A model generated the notes under the pieces. That model had not been told where the DNA came from. It ran no database searches and saw only the letters and a list, made by a program, of their open reading frames with translations. A program made the translations under genes and the position numbers. Shown piece by piece: positions 49,121 through 60,962 of a stretch of 64,000 bases of DNA (positions are counted from its first letter, which is position 1; every line of letters starts with the position of its first letter). This DNA comes from a virus (lineage: Duplodnaviria > Heunggongvirae > Uroviricota > Caudoviricetes): IMG/VR virus record IMGVR_UViG_3300035696_000002, one strand, 5' to 3'.

Positions 49121-49800
49121 AGCACGGTATCTGGCTTGCCATTCTCGCAGTCGTGTTCTCCTGCACAGCCTTTTCGCAGGAAGTCATCATGAACCAACCA
49201 TCGGCTGATGTCGTAGACAAGGGGCACCTGTTCGTCCGGTCGGACTCGTTCTATACCCAGAAGCCCGCCTACTTTTTCGAGAACGTCAACTTCGCCTACG
49301 GCCTCGGGCACAACTTGGAAGTCAGCCTCAATAGCAGCGATCTCGCTCACGGCTCTGACATCTGGCAGATCGTACCCGGCATCAAGTGGGCACCGATCAA
49401 AACCAAGAATTTTGAAATCTACGTCGGCGATCAGTACTGGAAGCCCGTGTCGAACTTCACCTACTACCACAACGGCAACGTGAGCTACGAGGCCGCAGCC
49501 CTCAAGGCGGGCAACTGGCGATTCACGGGCGGCGTATTCCAGTCCTACAACGCCTACGCACCGGGCAACCGGGCTGGGGCCATCGGCGGCGTCGAGTGGA
49601 TGGCGAAGATGTTCAAGAACGGCTGGATGATCGCACCCGGCGTTGACTACGGCAGCGGTGCGGGCACTAACGGCTATACCAGCCCCGGCGTCATGTTCCA
49701 GAAGAAAAACTTCTTCATCTGTCCCGGCTACATGATCGCGAACCCGCACAACCCGAACGGTGCTCACCAGAGCTTCGTCATGATCGGGGACACGTTCTAA
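49117..49800 (+). CDS. Putative outer-membrane beta-barrel protein
   Basis: Signal peptide AFS|Q, alternating aromatic/Gly beta strands, C-terminal Phe. Confidence 0.7.
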   Translation: MKHGIWLAILAVVFSCTAFSQEVIMNQPSADVVDKGHLFVRSDSFYTQKPAYFFENVNFAYGLGHNLEVSLNSSDLAHGSDIWQIVPGIKWAPIKTKNFEIYVGDQYWKPVSNFTYYHNGNVSYEAAALKAGNWRFTGGVFQSYNAYAPGNRAGAIGGVEWMAKMFKNGWMIAPGVDYGSGAGTNGYTSPGVMFQKKNFFICPGYMIANPHNPNGAHQSFVMIGDTF

Positions 49801-50765
49801 TGCCCACGATGAAACTCAGCTTCGTCCCAACTGAGTTGTCTGCGACCGCCAAGTCGTTTCTCGAACAGCGGTTCATGCAGGAAGATTACAAGAGCTACTG
49901 GTGCAGCCTTGAAAGTGTTCTGGAAGACATCGCTCAGGAAGACACAATCTTCACCGGGGTGAAACTCGCCGGGCAGCTTAACTGGGAGAAGGTCAGTCTC
50001 AAAGACCTGCCTGCCGGATGGTGGAAACTCATGAAGTTCAGCCCCAAGGTCGAAAAGGCGATGAAGGCTCACTGGAAGAAGTACCCCACGGGCCATGTCG
50101 TATGGGAGTGGTAGACACAACGGACATGAACCACTGCCATTACTGTGGGGCAGCGTCCGGGATCGACAATCCGCCCGGTTTGATCTGGTGGAGATGCGAG
50201 TGCCATGGTAAGATGTATGGCACACACATTGCCTGCCATAAGAAACACGCCGGGCATCACGAGGGATGTACATGCGAGTCAAAATCGACGTAAAGAAGTC
50301 GCACATCAAGAAAGGCTACGACAATGTTGACAGTCAGACGGACTGTCCGATTGCCTTAGCAATGACAGCCGCATTCAAACGGCTCAAATTGGCACGCATC
50401 AGTGTGCTGTGTGCCTATGACATAGCCTACATCGACACCTTTCAGGGGCAAAAGATCAAGCTGCCACTCAAGGTGCAGCAGTTTCAACGCCGGATTTTCG
50501 CGGATAAAGAAGTCAAACCCTTCTCGTTCACGGTGGTGGTCTAATGGCGGCTTTCGACAACTACGCACCGCCCGGAGTCTACACCACGGAAGTCGAGCAG
50601 CCCAGCAAAACGGTCTGCACGTTCTGTGCTGGTCGCCCTGTCACTATCGCCTACAACGGCGAGAACGGCATCGTGACGGCCTGTGTCAAACATCAACCCA
50701 TCGTGGAAGAGCAGATCGAGAAAGACGCTCTCACCCGGCAGAAGGAACACGGGGGCAGTTTCTAA

Positions 50766-51485
50766 GTGACAACCAATTTCTGTGCCGACTGTAAAGCCAA
50801 ACATCCGGGCCGCGAATGCGACTTCAAGGACGGCGTGTGTGTTCAGGTTCCCTATTACAATTGGCGAGAGGATTTGACCCGTCATGCCAACGATTGCAGT
50901 TGCTATGGCTGGTGTGACTGCCATATCCCGGAACACGAACCGGGTGCCCCCTGCGAATTCTGTGAGCGTGGATGGCATACCCACAATCACGAGAAGGGCT
51001 GCCTCTGCGACTACGGCACCTTCTTGGGGCTTGAAGAGACCTATCGTCACTGGATGATGCGGTACGCAACAGCAACGTCAGTGATGTCCTTCGTGGTTTA
51101 CAAAGACCCGAACTTCCAAGAACTGGTCAAGATGGGGGAGGCAATCGTTCCCCTGCTACTCAAAGACATTTACGAAGACAAGGGCTGGGTCGGCGGCGGA
51201 CGCGAGCGGGTATACTGCTCGTGGGCCGCATTCACGCTACTCCGCCAGCTTGTCAAACCTGAAAAGCAACCTGTACTCCCCGACTCTCATCGTGGTCGCC
51301 ACGGCAAGATTCGCGACATGTGGGTGAAATGGGGACAGGAGAATGGATATTTACCGTGCACAACAAGAACCGAAATCGAAAGCCCAAGCGGGGAAACCAA
51401 AACAGTCGAGGTCGTAATCGCCTCAACCGTTTTGGGGCTGCTCATGCTCCTCAGCCTAATCGCAATGCTCCTAAGGAGCCACTAA
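50766..51485 (+). CDS. Cys/His-rich protein with HEAT-like segment and C-terminal TM
   Basis: Dense Cys/His N-terminus; FQELVKMGEAIVPLLL; terminal hydrophobic helix. Confidence 0.55.
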   Translation: MTTNFCADCKAKHPGRECDFKDGVCVQVPYYNWREDLTRHANDCSCYGWCDCHIPEHEPGAPCEFCERGWHTHNHEKGCLCDYGTFLGLEETYRHWMMRYATATSVMSFVVYKDPNFQELVKMGEAIVPLLLKDIYEDKGWVGGGRERVYCSWAAFTLLRQLVKPEKQPVLPDSHRGRHGKIRDMWVKWGQENGYLPCTTRTEIESPSGETKTVEVVIASTVLGLLMLLSLIAMLLRSH

Positions 51486-53307
51486 TCGTTCTACTGGACG
51501 GGTTACGAGAGAACCCGAACGCGAGCGAGCTTGAGAAAATCGTCGATTTTATTGAGCAAGAACGCGAAGTTAAGGTAGAATATACTAACGTGGGCAAGGC
51601 AGCCCGGCGAATTCTCAATCGCACGCCGACCGAGACCGAGGCGATGCTGCTTGACTTGCTATGATCGACGAGGAAATCAGGATCGGAGCCCCGCCCTGCG
51701 GTTATTTTGAGGACGAGGCCGTCAGGTGCGGGCGTCCAGCAAGCTACCTGTACCAGTCGGAAGCTACCACCGATTTCCTGTGCGGTCGCTGCAAGACGAC
51801 CATGGAAGAGTTGATGCCTTCGCTGTTTGAATCCGGCTGGGCACAGATCACACTTTTATGAAACCATTCCCGAAGCACAAGACGCCGTTAAGCTGGGAAG
51901 AGCGGAACCAGACCCTCGTCAACTTGGTGTCGCGGTACATCTGCACCGAGAACGGGCGTCCCATCGCTTGCAAGCACTCCGACTGCCGGGAAGTCCGTGC
52001 CCTGCTTGAGCGTCGGCCCCCGCGTAATGCCCCGATCCTCCTGCCCCGGCGACCGCTGCGGGGACTCAGCAACGCCTCGGTGCGGAACATCGTTGAACGG
52101 TTCATTGAAACCGGGGAGTCAGGACGCCACTCATCCAACGCAGGGACGATCCAGTATGTGATCGACTATTGCGAGGAGAACAACATCCCATACCGGGTGT
52201 ATTACTCGCCTCTCGGCGGCGGATACGCTCTACAACGGCTCAATAACGCCATGGAGCCAGCCAAACTGGTGAACGGGGAGTGGGTGTGACGCGATTGCTT
52301 GAATTGGAGAACGGGCAGTACGCTTGCGGCGACCATCAGAACGTTGTTAAGCCGATGATCGCATCAGTATTCTTCCCGGACGGCTGTGAGGAGTGCACCC
52401 GCAAGGCATTCGCAGAGGCCCTTGAATCGACTTTGGAAGAGCAACGGAAGAGAAGGCAGCAAGTATGAGAACTACCGTCCTGCTTACGATTTTACAGTTG
52501 ATCCTGATCGTCGCGTTGATGGCACGCCTCGTGCAGGTAGTATCCATGACCCGTGAAGTCAACCAGACCATCGAAAAGGTGAAGTAAATGGCAAAGAAAG
52601 AAAATACCGATAAGAATTTTGCGGCAGCGAAGGCCAAGAAGGCCCGCAACCACGAGGCGAACTCGCACGTCGCCTATAAGCTGGCCCAAAAGAAGTGGCG
52701 GCTGGGCTGCCTCGCAGTGCGGAAGGCCGAGGGCCGTCTCACTGAGAAGAACCTCGCGGAATTGGCCCGGCTGGAGGGGTAAAGTGTCAACCGATCTTGA
52801 GCATGTAAGAATCGGCGATTTCCGGCTCCGGGGCTACCTTGGGCACGGTCTTGCCATCGCTGGGAGCCTTCTCTACCGGGGAATCAAAAGCGGGCGTGTG
52901 TGGCGTATCGGCATGTACTGGGTGTTTTTCTCGATGTTCTCCATCGGCAGCGTCCGTCTCTACCGGGAGTATCGCAAGCACGAACTAAAGTCTCCGGTCG
53001 AGAAGGCGACTTACGTTGTGGAAGAGTCGCGGGCTGACGGCGAAATGATTATTCGCAACGGCACAACCCACATAAAGCTTGCCTGCCAGCGGCATTCGTG
53101 GCTCCAGCCAGACAATAAATGGGATTCCAACAGTTACGGCTGTTTCATTCTCGATCCCGGCCAACAGGAGCAATTCGACAAGTGGGATGATCGCACCTTT
53201 GTTCGCCGCACGACGGGACACGAAGACGTTTACGCTAAGCCGGAGGACACCCGCAAGACGAACATGGAAGTGCCCGTCGAAGACATGTACGAAGTGCGTG
53301 ACTTCTA

Positions 53308-53604
53308 ATGACTGAGTCGTTGGTTGTTCACGTCCGTGAGGCCCCTTTTGACGTATACATCGGGCGGGCCTTCATGGAATTCCCGGAGTCGATCTGGCAC
53401 AACCCATTCAAGGTCAGGCCGGGGCATGGGCGGGACGCCGTAGTCTACGAGTACGACATGTGGTTGGATCAGCCGGAACAGGCATGGCTTAAAGCACGCA
53501 TCCCGGAGTTGAAGGGGAAGGTTCTGGGGTGCTGGTGCAACAAAAAGAAATCGCCAAAGCGATGCCACGGCCACGTTCTCGCAAGACGGGCAAATTATGA
53601 GTGA
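53308..53604 (+). CDS. DUF4326 domain protein
   Basis: DVYIGR..SIWHNPFK..ELKGKVLGCWC..CHGHVLA. Confidence 0.88.
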   Translation: MTESLVVHVREAPFDVYIGRAFMEFPESIWHNPFKVRPGHGRDAVVYEYDMWLDQPEQAWLKARIPELKGKVLGCWCNKKKSPKRCHGHVLARRANYE

Positions 53605-55222
53605 GCACTACTACGGAAACGTGCCCGCAGGCTGGGAGCCCGAAGTTTGCTGTGTGGTGAAAGACACCAGAATCCCCGGCTTGCCGCCGTATGGTGCCCT
53701 ACATACATGCTTTGAGCCGCCAAACCATACGGGGCCGCACGTGTGTGGGCATCATCACAGCAGCACCCACTTCAACGTCCGGTGCAACTACGAATGGGAG
53801 AGTACAGGCAATGAAGATCAAAGTCGTTAAGACGGTGCAACTGCCGAAGGACGTGGCAAAGAAACTCCACGCCTTGTATGAGACACAACGGAAGGTGAAG
53901 AGTGACCTGAGCATGATGCTCTACACCCTGAAGGAAGAACACCGTGGCAAGCAGCCGCCGCCCGGCTCTTCAGCTTTCGAGGAGTGGAATCGAACCGAAA
54001 TGTCTGTTTCTGAGGATCATGATGCCCTAGTCTTTTATAGGGAAGAAAAATGATTCTCAGGTTCCAAGCAGACTTACCCCAATTCGTGAAGTGGCTCGAA
54101 GAGCAGAAGCCCGCCTTCGTTGTCACCCGCTGGGAAAACGGTGAGATGGAGTACGACGGAGCCGCTGATATTGATGCGGCCATGGAGATCGCCTGCCAGT
54201 ACTCCTCCAAGGGCGGACAAGTCGAAGTCTTGAAAGGCGGGAGTAAAATCCCGTTGGTGAACTAATGCTTACACTGACGTTTGGTTGTGCAACACACCCG
54301 GCATACAAAGCACGCCGGGATTCCATGTGCGATGACTGCCACGAAATGTACTTAATCCGCCAGCAGGTCGCGTCGCTTCCCCCGCTGAAGGACACGGTCA
54401 CTATCGTGGAGTCGCCAGAGCGGCAGAAGAAGGTCTCTGCCCGCGACTACTACAACACTGCGGGCGTGATCGTGAAATCCCGGCTGCTGCGGTACATTGA
54501 ATGAACTACGACCGCGAAGTCGAATGCAAGCGGTGCCATCACAAATGCTCTGAGCGTGCTGCGATCACGATGGAAACTCAGGATGGCGACTCATGGGAAT
54601 GCCCACTTTGTCATTATCCGTACCTTGACTACACTGGCAAGATGGTGGACGAGCGTATGGGCTGGGTCAACAAACTGGAGACGGTGTGAAGGTTCCTTGC
54701 TCTAATCCGACATGCGGCACCCGACGAAGACATCATGAAGACCCGTACACGGAACGTGGCACGGTCATGATGGAACTTCCCGACGACTGGAAGGGTAAGT
54801 ACGCTTACTGCTCGCTGACCTGTGCCGCCGAGGCCGGATATTCTCTCCTCCGCATGACTGATCCCTGCCCGAAGTGCCTAGTCGCATACGAAAACCAGAT
54901 TCAACACAGCAAGGACTGGAAGTGCGATAGCCCGGAAGTGACTGAAGAACAAGTGGCTGCGGTGAACGAGGCCATGGCTCAACGTGCTCGTGCATTTATT
55001 CAGAAATACGGAACACTTTTAGCAGAGGGAAAAGACCCTGATGCCGAGAGCCGTCAAGCTGTGTGAATGGCCCGTTCTGAAGGATGGTGAGCCGTGTGGG
55101 CAGCCCGCCCACTGGGAGCTTACCTGTGGCCTCCATCTCTGCTCCGAACATTACGACATGATCCACGGTGTTGGCGACCGCATGAACCGTGGCGAATTCG
55201 ACGACAACTGGGATGACATCGG

Positions 55223-55429
55223 ATGATCGTTCGAATCGAAGACCCAAACGTTTTTGTCGGTCTGTCTTCAGACGATGCCCGCACCCAGATCGTGGGCCGG
55301 GGCTACACGCCGCGTGTGGTCTGGGCCGACAACAATACTCTGGTCGCGGACTACAAGCCAGATTACGATCCGCTCAGAGTCAACCTGCACATCGAAAAGA
55401 ACCGCGTCATTAAGGCCACAATCGGTTAA
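55223..55429 (+). CDS. Peptidase inhibitor I78/I13-like small protein
   Basis: FVGLS..DYDPLRVNLHIEKNRVIKATIG. Confidence 0.65.
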   Translation: MIVRIEDPNVFVGLSSDDARTQIVGRGYTPRVVWADNNTLVADYKPDYDPLRVNLHIEKNRVIKATIG

Positions 55430-55451
55430 TTTTCAACACTTTACAACCCTC

Positions 55452-55481
55452 TAGCCAAAGTCACCTTCAGACCCGTATACT
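55452..55481 (+). promoter_or_regulatory. Sigma70-like promoter, probably leaderless transcript
   Basis: TAGCCA-18 nt-TATACT, 6 nt to ATG 55488. Confidence 0.6.
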
Positions 55482-58400
55482 GTTGGTATGGACTCGAACG
55501 TCGATATCTACGTTCTGACTGAACTTACACTGGGCCGCAACAATGAGGTGTCCCAGAAAGTTGCGAACGTCACGACCGACATCACCGAAGCCGAAGCATG
55601 GGCCGCACAGGGCGTGCGGTACGGAGTCGAAGGCCCGTTCACTCTGCCGAAGCAACTCCTGCTCCTCGGTGCCGAGACCACACAAGTTCTCACCGAAATT
55701 CGTTCCTTCAAAAATGCAATCGTCCAATTCATCGGGGAGCCCCAATGAACCAGATCGCCCCCAACTGGCGTAATCGCCAACTCGAAGAACTCTACATCCC
55801 ACTGCTGGCACACTGCCTGACGGGCAAGCTGGAGTTCCATGATTGTCTCGTCGAACTCGCACGCATCCGGCGTCCATGGGCACCGCAACTCGGCGTGCCC
55901 TCTGTTTTTCCTGACGACCATTCGACATTGCCGCCACGGGAGCACGACATCTGGTGGAAGTACGTGGACACGATTTTCATTCCCCGGCACCAAGCAATCA
56001 AAGACCTGATTACGGAGAAGGATTTCCTGATCGACGGCCCGATGCCGGAAAGCTGGAAGGAATTTCTCAGCTACCAAAAAGCGTTTGCCGAAATCCACGC
56101 TCAATGGCGTTGGGAAGGCACGCCGTATCGCTCCATCGGTCGGAACTGGCCGCGAGAATTCGACCGGGATGTCGCTTCGAAATTCATTCACCTGAGCATG
56201 GGGTTATAATGAGATCACTCGCAACCAAACTCGTGCTGAACAAGTTCGCACAGGACATGGGCTGGAAGATCGACTTGGACGCCCCCTCTCACCAGAAAGC
56301 AGTGAGGGATGCAATCCGCTACGCGGCGAGTCTCAGGGAGCCGTCGATCAAAATGTTGTCGCAGGACGAACTCAAGAAGCTGGCGGAGGGGCACGTCAAT
56401 GAGGCGTCGCGAATTATCCTCGGCCCGGCTGCCTACGAGTACACGATCAACTCGCTGGTCAGCTTTGGCATCATCGTGTCGCAGCTTGTAACGAACGGCA
56501 AGCCACTGCCGAAATCAAAGCCGAAGGTTGAACGATTCTACCTCGACTGGCAATGCCCCAAAGGGCCGGAGCTAGACTACATTCTTGGCAAGAAAAAATC
56601 CAAGCGGAGAGCGAAGTGACCAAGAACGACGTACAACTCGGCTTCCACTACATCGTGAAGGTCTCCGGCAAGTTGACCCGCGTCCGGCTGGATAGCGAGT
56701 CGCCTTACGGCGGCTGGAACGGCACCAATCTGGTGACGGGTCGCCCGGTTCGCATCCGCACTGCCGCGAAGCTTCGCCGTCCCATCGCGAATCATACCTG
56801 CACCGGAAGCGAGACCTGCGTGACGTGCGGCCAAGACATGGGGGTACTACGCCAATGACTATCGGAGAACGACGAGAAGAGTTGACCGCGATGCCACTCC
56901 GCAAACTCCGCAAGCTGTTTCGCCGGGTGAAGGCGGAGTATGGCGGGAATACTGATTGGGCGGATGGACGGAAACGGGCCGACATGGTTCAAGCCGTCAT
57001 CAACTACGAGATCGGCATCGGCGGCAGGATGGACTCATGAATAAATACGCCAAACCCGTTGTTCATATCGTGCGGTGGACGGTTTGTTTGTCCCTGATCT
57101 GGAAAACCCTGAACATGGTATTCGCCAATGTCACTTTCCAGACCGCCGAACAGACACAGATGTACATGGTCAAAACGCTCTGCGTGGGTGGAGGCGTTCT
57201 GGTCTGGATGCTCTTCACGCTGTACCTTTTTCCTGATCGCTCATGCAGCGAGGATGGGCTGTCACGCTGGCTTGACGCCAAGATCGGACGCGAGTGGAGA
57301 CGAACGTCATGAAAACATTCCGACTCAAAGTCAACCTTAACGATGAAGTGCTCGTCAGGCTGACGCCCCATGGGCGTGAAGTCGAGGAGCGTTGGCTTGC
57401 CGACCTGTTCAGGAGCGGCGGCACGGCGGACGAATTGACCGCCCGGCGACGCGAGATCATGATGAAGAGTTGCATCAAGGAACCGGATGAAGCGGGTTTC
57501 ACGCGATGGAATCTCCACGAACTCATGTTGATGTTCGGTGAGCAGATGGTCACCGGAAGCTTCGACACCTGTTTCGAGGGGAACAACATCTACTTTGAAG
57601 AGAAGCTATGAAACTTGACTCGCATCCACAATGGCTTTATGAGATCAGCTACGGCCTAGCTGACTACCGCCAGCTTCGCATCCTGTTGGAGAACGAGCGG
57701 TACGCCATCGTGCAAAGCCCCGGTGGGCCGTGGTGGGATAACAGCGGGAAACACTACGGTGCAACCACCTACTACAAGGTGGACAAACAGGCGTTGGCCA
57801 CGTATCGTAAGAGTGTCGGGCTGCTGGACTCACAGGAGATTCAACACGGCGGTCGTGCCAAGCTGGCACAGTGGAAGAAATTGATCGAATCAACGGAGGA
57901 GCAAGGTGGAGAAATCACTCGGCCCGAAGCCGACTAAGAACCAGATGGAAGTCCTCAAGAAGCTGGCGGACGGCTACGAGGCCCACTACAGCACGGGCAT
58001 CCGGTTCAACGACTCCGCATGGCTGGTGAAGCCCGGCAACCTGAACGACCGCGAACGATTGCAGAAAAGCGTTCTGTTCAAGTTCAAGAGTTGGGGCTGG
58101 CTGGAGCCGATTGCACCGGGAGACTTCCGGGGCTGCGATTACAGGATCACCGACACGGGACGCAAGCGTGTCGAGATGGGGGAGATACGCAAGTGAGCGA
58201 GTTCTGCCATCATTGGGGCTGGATCGTGTTTGTACTAACCTATCTTGCCATCGGCCTCTATTGGGGCGTTATCGGGGCGGCAGCGGCGGGATGGGATGGA
58301 GAATGGCGATGAAAAAGGTCAGACAGGGTACGTTGAAGAAAGTGCTTTGGAAAGCACGATGCAAAGATTGCGGCTCGACCTTCGAGGAAGAAGTCGGCAA

Positions 58401-58668
58401 GCTGCACGTCCAAAGTGATCGTGATGGCCAACTGGCGGAAGGCAAGTGCCCTGACTGTCACACGACCATGTGGTTTTATCCCCGGTCAGACAGAACTGCA
58501 AGGCTGATCTCGGGGGGTCACTGATGGGCCGCAACGCCTGTCCGAAGTACAAATGTGCGTGCACCCGGTGCCCATGGAAGGGCAAACGCACCAGACGGAT
58601 CATGAGCAACGCCTGTCCCCGGTGCGGCAAGTGGGGAGCGGTCAAACAAATTCCGAGGGAGGAAATCA

Positions 58669-59442
58669 ATGGCACGCAGAACAGGGAAAGCTGAGGTCTT
58701 GGTGAGCGATAACGGAACCGTGCAGGAAGTAAGCGTTCCTGTGAATCCTCACGTCCACGAATTCGAGATGGAGTTAACCCCGTTCTCGCACCACCGCCTG
58801 TACGCCGAGGAAAAGTACAACCTCCAGAACATGGTGCTCAAGATGGTCAATTATCCGGCCAAGATCGACACCACGTTGGACAAGACCTTCGACATCTACG
58901 CAGATCGTGCGTACACGGAATGGAACGCCGCCGCCCGGCTCATCAAGAGCACCGCGACCGGAGACGCATGGTTCAATGGCGTCTCGGACGAGGATTTCCT
59001 GCTTTTCGCTGGCAAGCTGTTCGCCATTCTCAACACGCACAAGCTGTGCACTGGCGACGAGATCGTGCAGAATGCGTATCGGTATTCCAACCAGTACCGC
59101 AGCCGCGTCGCGGAACTGATGGGCTCAAAGGCCTTGGCCGCGAATGCTGTGGATGCAGACGGCTACGAAAACCTCGACCTGAGCATCAAGACCCGCGAGT
59201 GGGCAGAGAAGCAGGCTGCCGAGGAAATCGAGCCGATGAAGATCACGGGTGCTCTGATGGTTCGCATGACGAACTCTGCCAGCGGCTACCCCTGCCCGGT
59301 TCTGATGGCGGTTGTTCAGAAATCCCGCTTCGCCCGGTACAGCGGCGACAATGCCCCGTTCATCCGCTACAAGCGGGGCCGGGAAGATTTCATGGACATC
59401 TACGGAAACCACCTGCATTGGGAGCACGACGGGCGATGGTAA
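58669..59442 (+). CDS. Hypothetical protein
   Basis: GGAGG SD, 257 aa. Confidence 0.7.
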   Translation: MARRTGKAEVLVSDNGTVQEVSVPVNPHVHEFEMELTPFSHHRLYAEEKYNLQNMVLKMVNYPAKIDTTLDKTFDIYADRAYTEWNAAARLIKSTATGDAWFNGVSDEDFLLFAGKLFAILNTHKLCTGDEIVQNAYRYSNQYRSRVAELMGSKALAANAVDADGYENLDLSIKTREWAEKQAAEEIEPMKITGALMVRMTNSASGYPCPVLMAVVQKSRFARYSGDNAPFIRYKRGREDFMDIYGNHLHWEHDGRW

Positions 59443-59644
59443 TCAACGCAGAACATTTCGTGGCAACAGTGGCGGCGAATGTCAGCAACAAAAAGTTGTC
59501 TGACAAGGCGTTCCGCTCTTTCGTCCGGCGATCCATTGGGGCCGTGGCCAAGAAGAACGGATCGGTGCACTTCCCCGGCGACCTGTCCGGCAATGGCATC
59601 TGCGAAGGCTGCGGGTTGAAGATCACAGCGAAGGAGTGTCCACG

Positions 59645-60034
59645 ATGAAGAACGAACCATTTCCAAAACTCGACGCAGACATCGACAACTTTTTCAGCGG
59701 AGAAATCCGCTCGTTCACGTGGAACAGCGAGGGCGAAGTTTGGGCGATCACATACAACCACGGCTTCGAGCCGGGCAAGCTGATTAAGGTCGCGACGGCC
59801 AAGAGTTGGGAGGAGGCCTACACCCTCTCGGAACTGCTCAACAGATTCCGCAAGGTTCGCGAGGCTGTAGACAGTGCTCTGGTGAACGACAAACTGGAGC
59901 CCAAGACGTTTGAAATCCTCCGGCTGGTCACCATGCTGGACAAAGACATCGACACGACCGACATCCCGGAAGTCACGGACTTTAGCAAGGCCGAAGTCGG
60001 CAAATTCTATCGAGGGAAACATGCGACTGAGTAA
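59645..60034 (+). CDS. Hypothetical protein ending in a BrnA-antitoxin-like peptide
   Basis: AAGGAG SD; C-terminal DIDTTDIPEVTDFSKAEVGKFYR. Confidence 0.55.
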   Translation: MKNEPFPKLDADIDNFFSGEIRSFTWNSEGEVWAITYNHGFEPGKLIKVATAKSWEEAYTLSELLNRFRKVREAVDSALVNDKLEPKTFEILRLVTMLDKDIDTTDIPEVTDFSKAEVGKFYRGKHATE

Positions 60035-60316
60035 GGCACAACGCAAGGTTCTCACAGCTATCCGGGACGGAGCACCGTTCTGCGAGTATCTGACTCCCGA
60101 CAGGGATCGCCTGTTCTTTCGCACATTGGGCGACCGGGTTCATGCAAAGCTGAACTACGTGTTGACCGATGGAACGACGAAGCGGATCGGGTACAAGACG
60201 TTTTGGTTCCTGTTCAAACACAATCTCATCACGCCGTCAAAGTACAAAGGATCACTTTCGCCTCAGGACGGCATCACACAGTTCCACATTACTCAGAGAG
60301 GGTACGAACTGCTGCA

Positions 60317-60916
60317 ATGAAGCAATACCCACATATCGAAGGTGCGGCCAAGGCCCCTCTCGGGAGGCCCTGCATCGCCTTCTACAAGTACGACGGCTCC
60401 AACCTGCGGTGGGAGTGGTCTCCCAAACAGGGCTGGCACAAGTTCGGCACCCGGCACGAACTGTTCGATGCCTCGCACCCGCTATTCTCTCAGGCGATTC
60501 CCCTTTTCATGGATCGGATGGCCGACGAGATTGTCGCCCGGTGCAAGCACGTGGAACGCGGCGTCCAGCGGATCAACGTCTACACCGAGTTCTTCGGCCC
60601 CTCCAGCTTCGCCGGAGTCCACGAACAGAATGAGCCCAAAGAACTTAAATTGTTTGACGTAAACCTCTTCAAACGTGGTATCATGAGTCCACGGCAGTTC
60701 GTCAAGACGTTTGGCGATCTATCGTATGCGGCTCAGGTGGTCTACGAGGGCAACCTGAATAAACAGTTCATCGACGATGTCCGCAACGGTCAGTATCCGG
60801 TGAACGAGGGAGTAGTCGCCAAGGGCGATGACTTCATGGTCAAGATCAAGACGTATGATTATCTGCGGCGACTGAACGAAAAGTTCGGTGCCGAATATCG
60901 CAATTACTGGGAGTAA
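60317..60916 (+). CDS. ATP-dependent RNA ligase-like nucleotidyltransferase
   Basis: Motif I KYDGSN, III TEFFG, IIIa LFDV, IV EGVV, V VKIK. Confidence 0.8.
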   Translation: MKQYPHIEGAAKAPLGRPCIAFYKYDGSNLRWEWSPKQGWHKFGTRHELFDASHPLFSQAIPLFMDRMADEIVARCKHVERGVQRINVYTEFFGPSSFAGVHEQNEPKELKLFDVNLFKRGIMSPRQFVKTFGDLSYAAQVVYEGNLNKQFIDDVRNGQYPVNEGVVAKGDDFMVKIKTYDYLRRLNEKFGAEYRNYWE

Positions 60917-60962
60917 CGTGGAAGTGACAAGCGTTTTTGGCCGTGATTACAGGAGAAAATCA

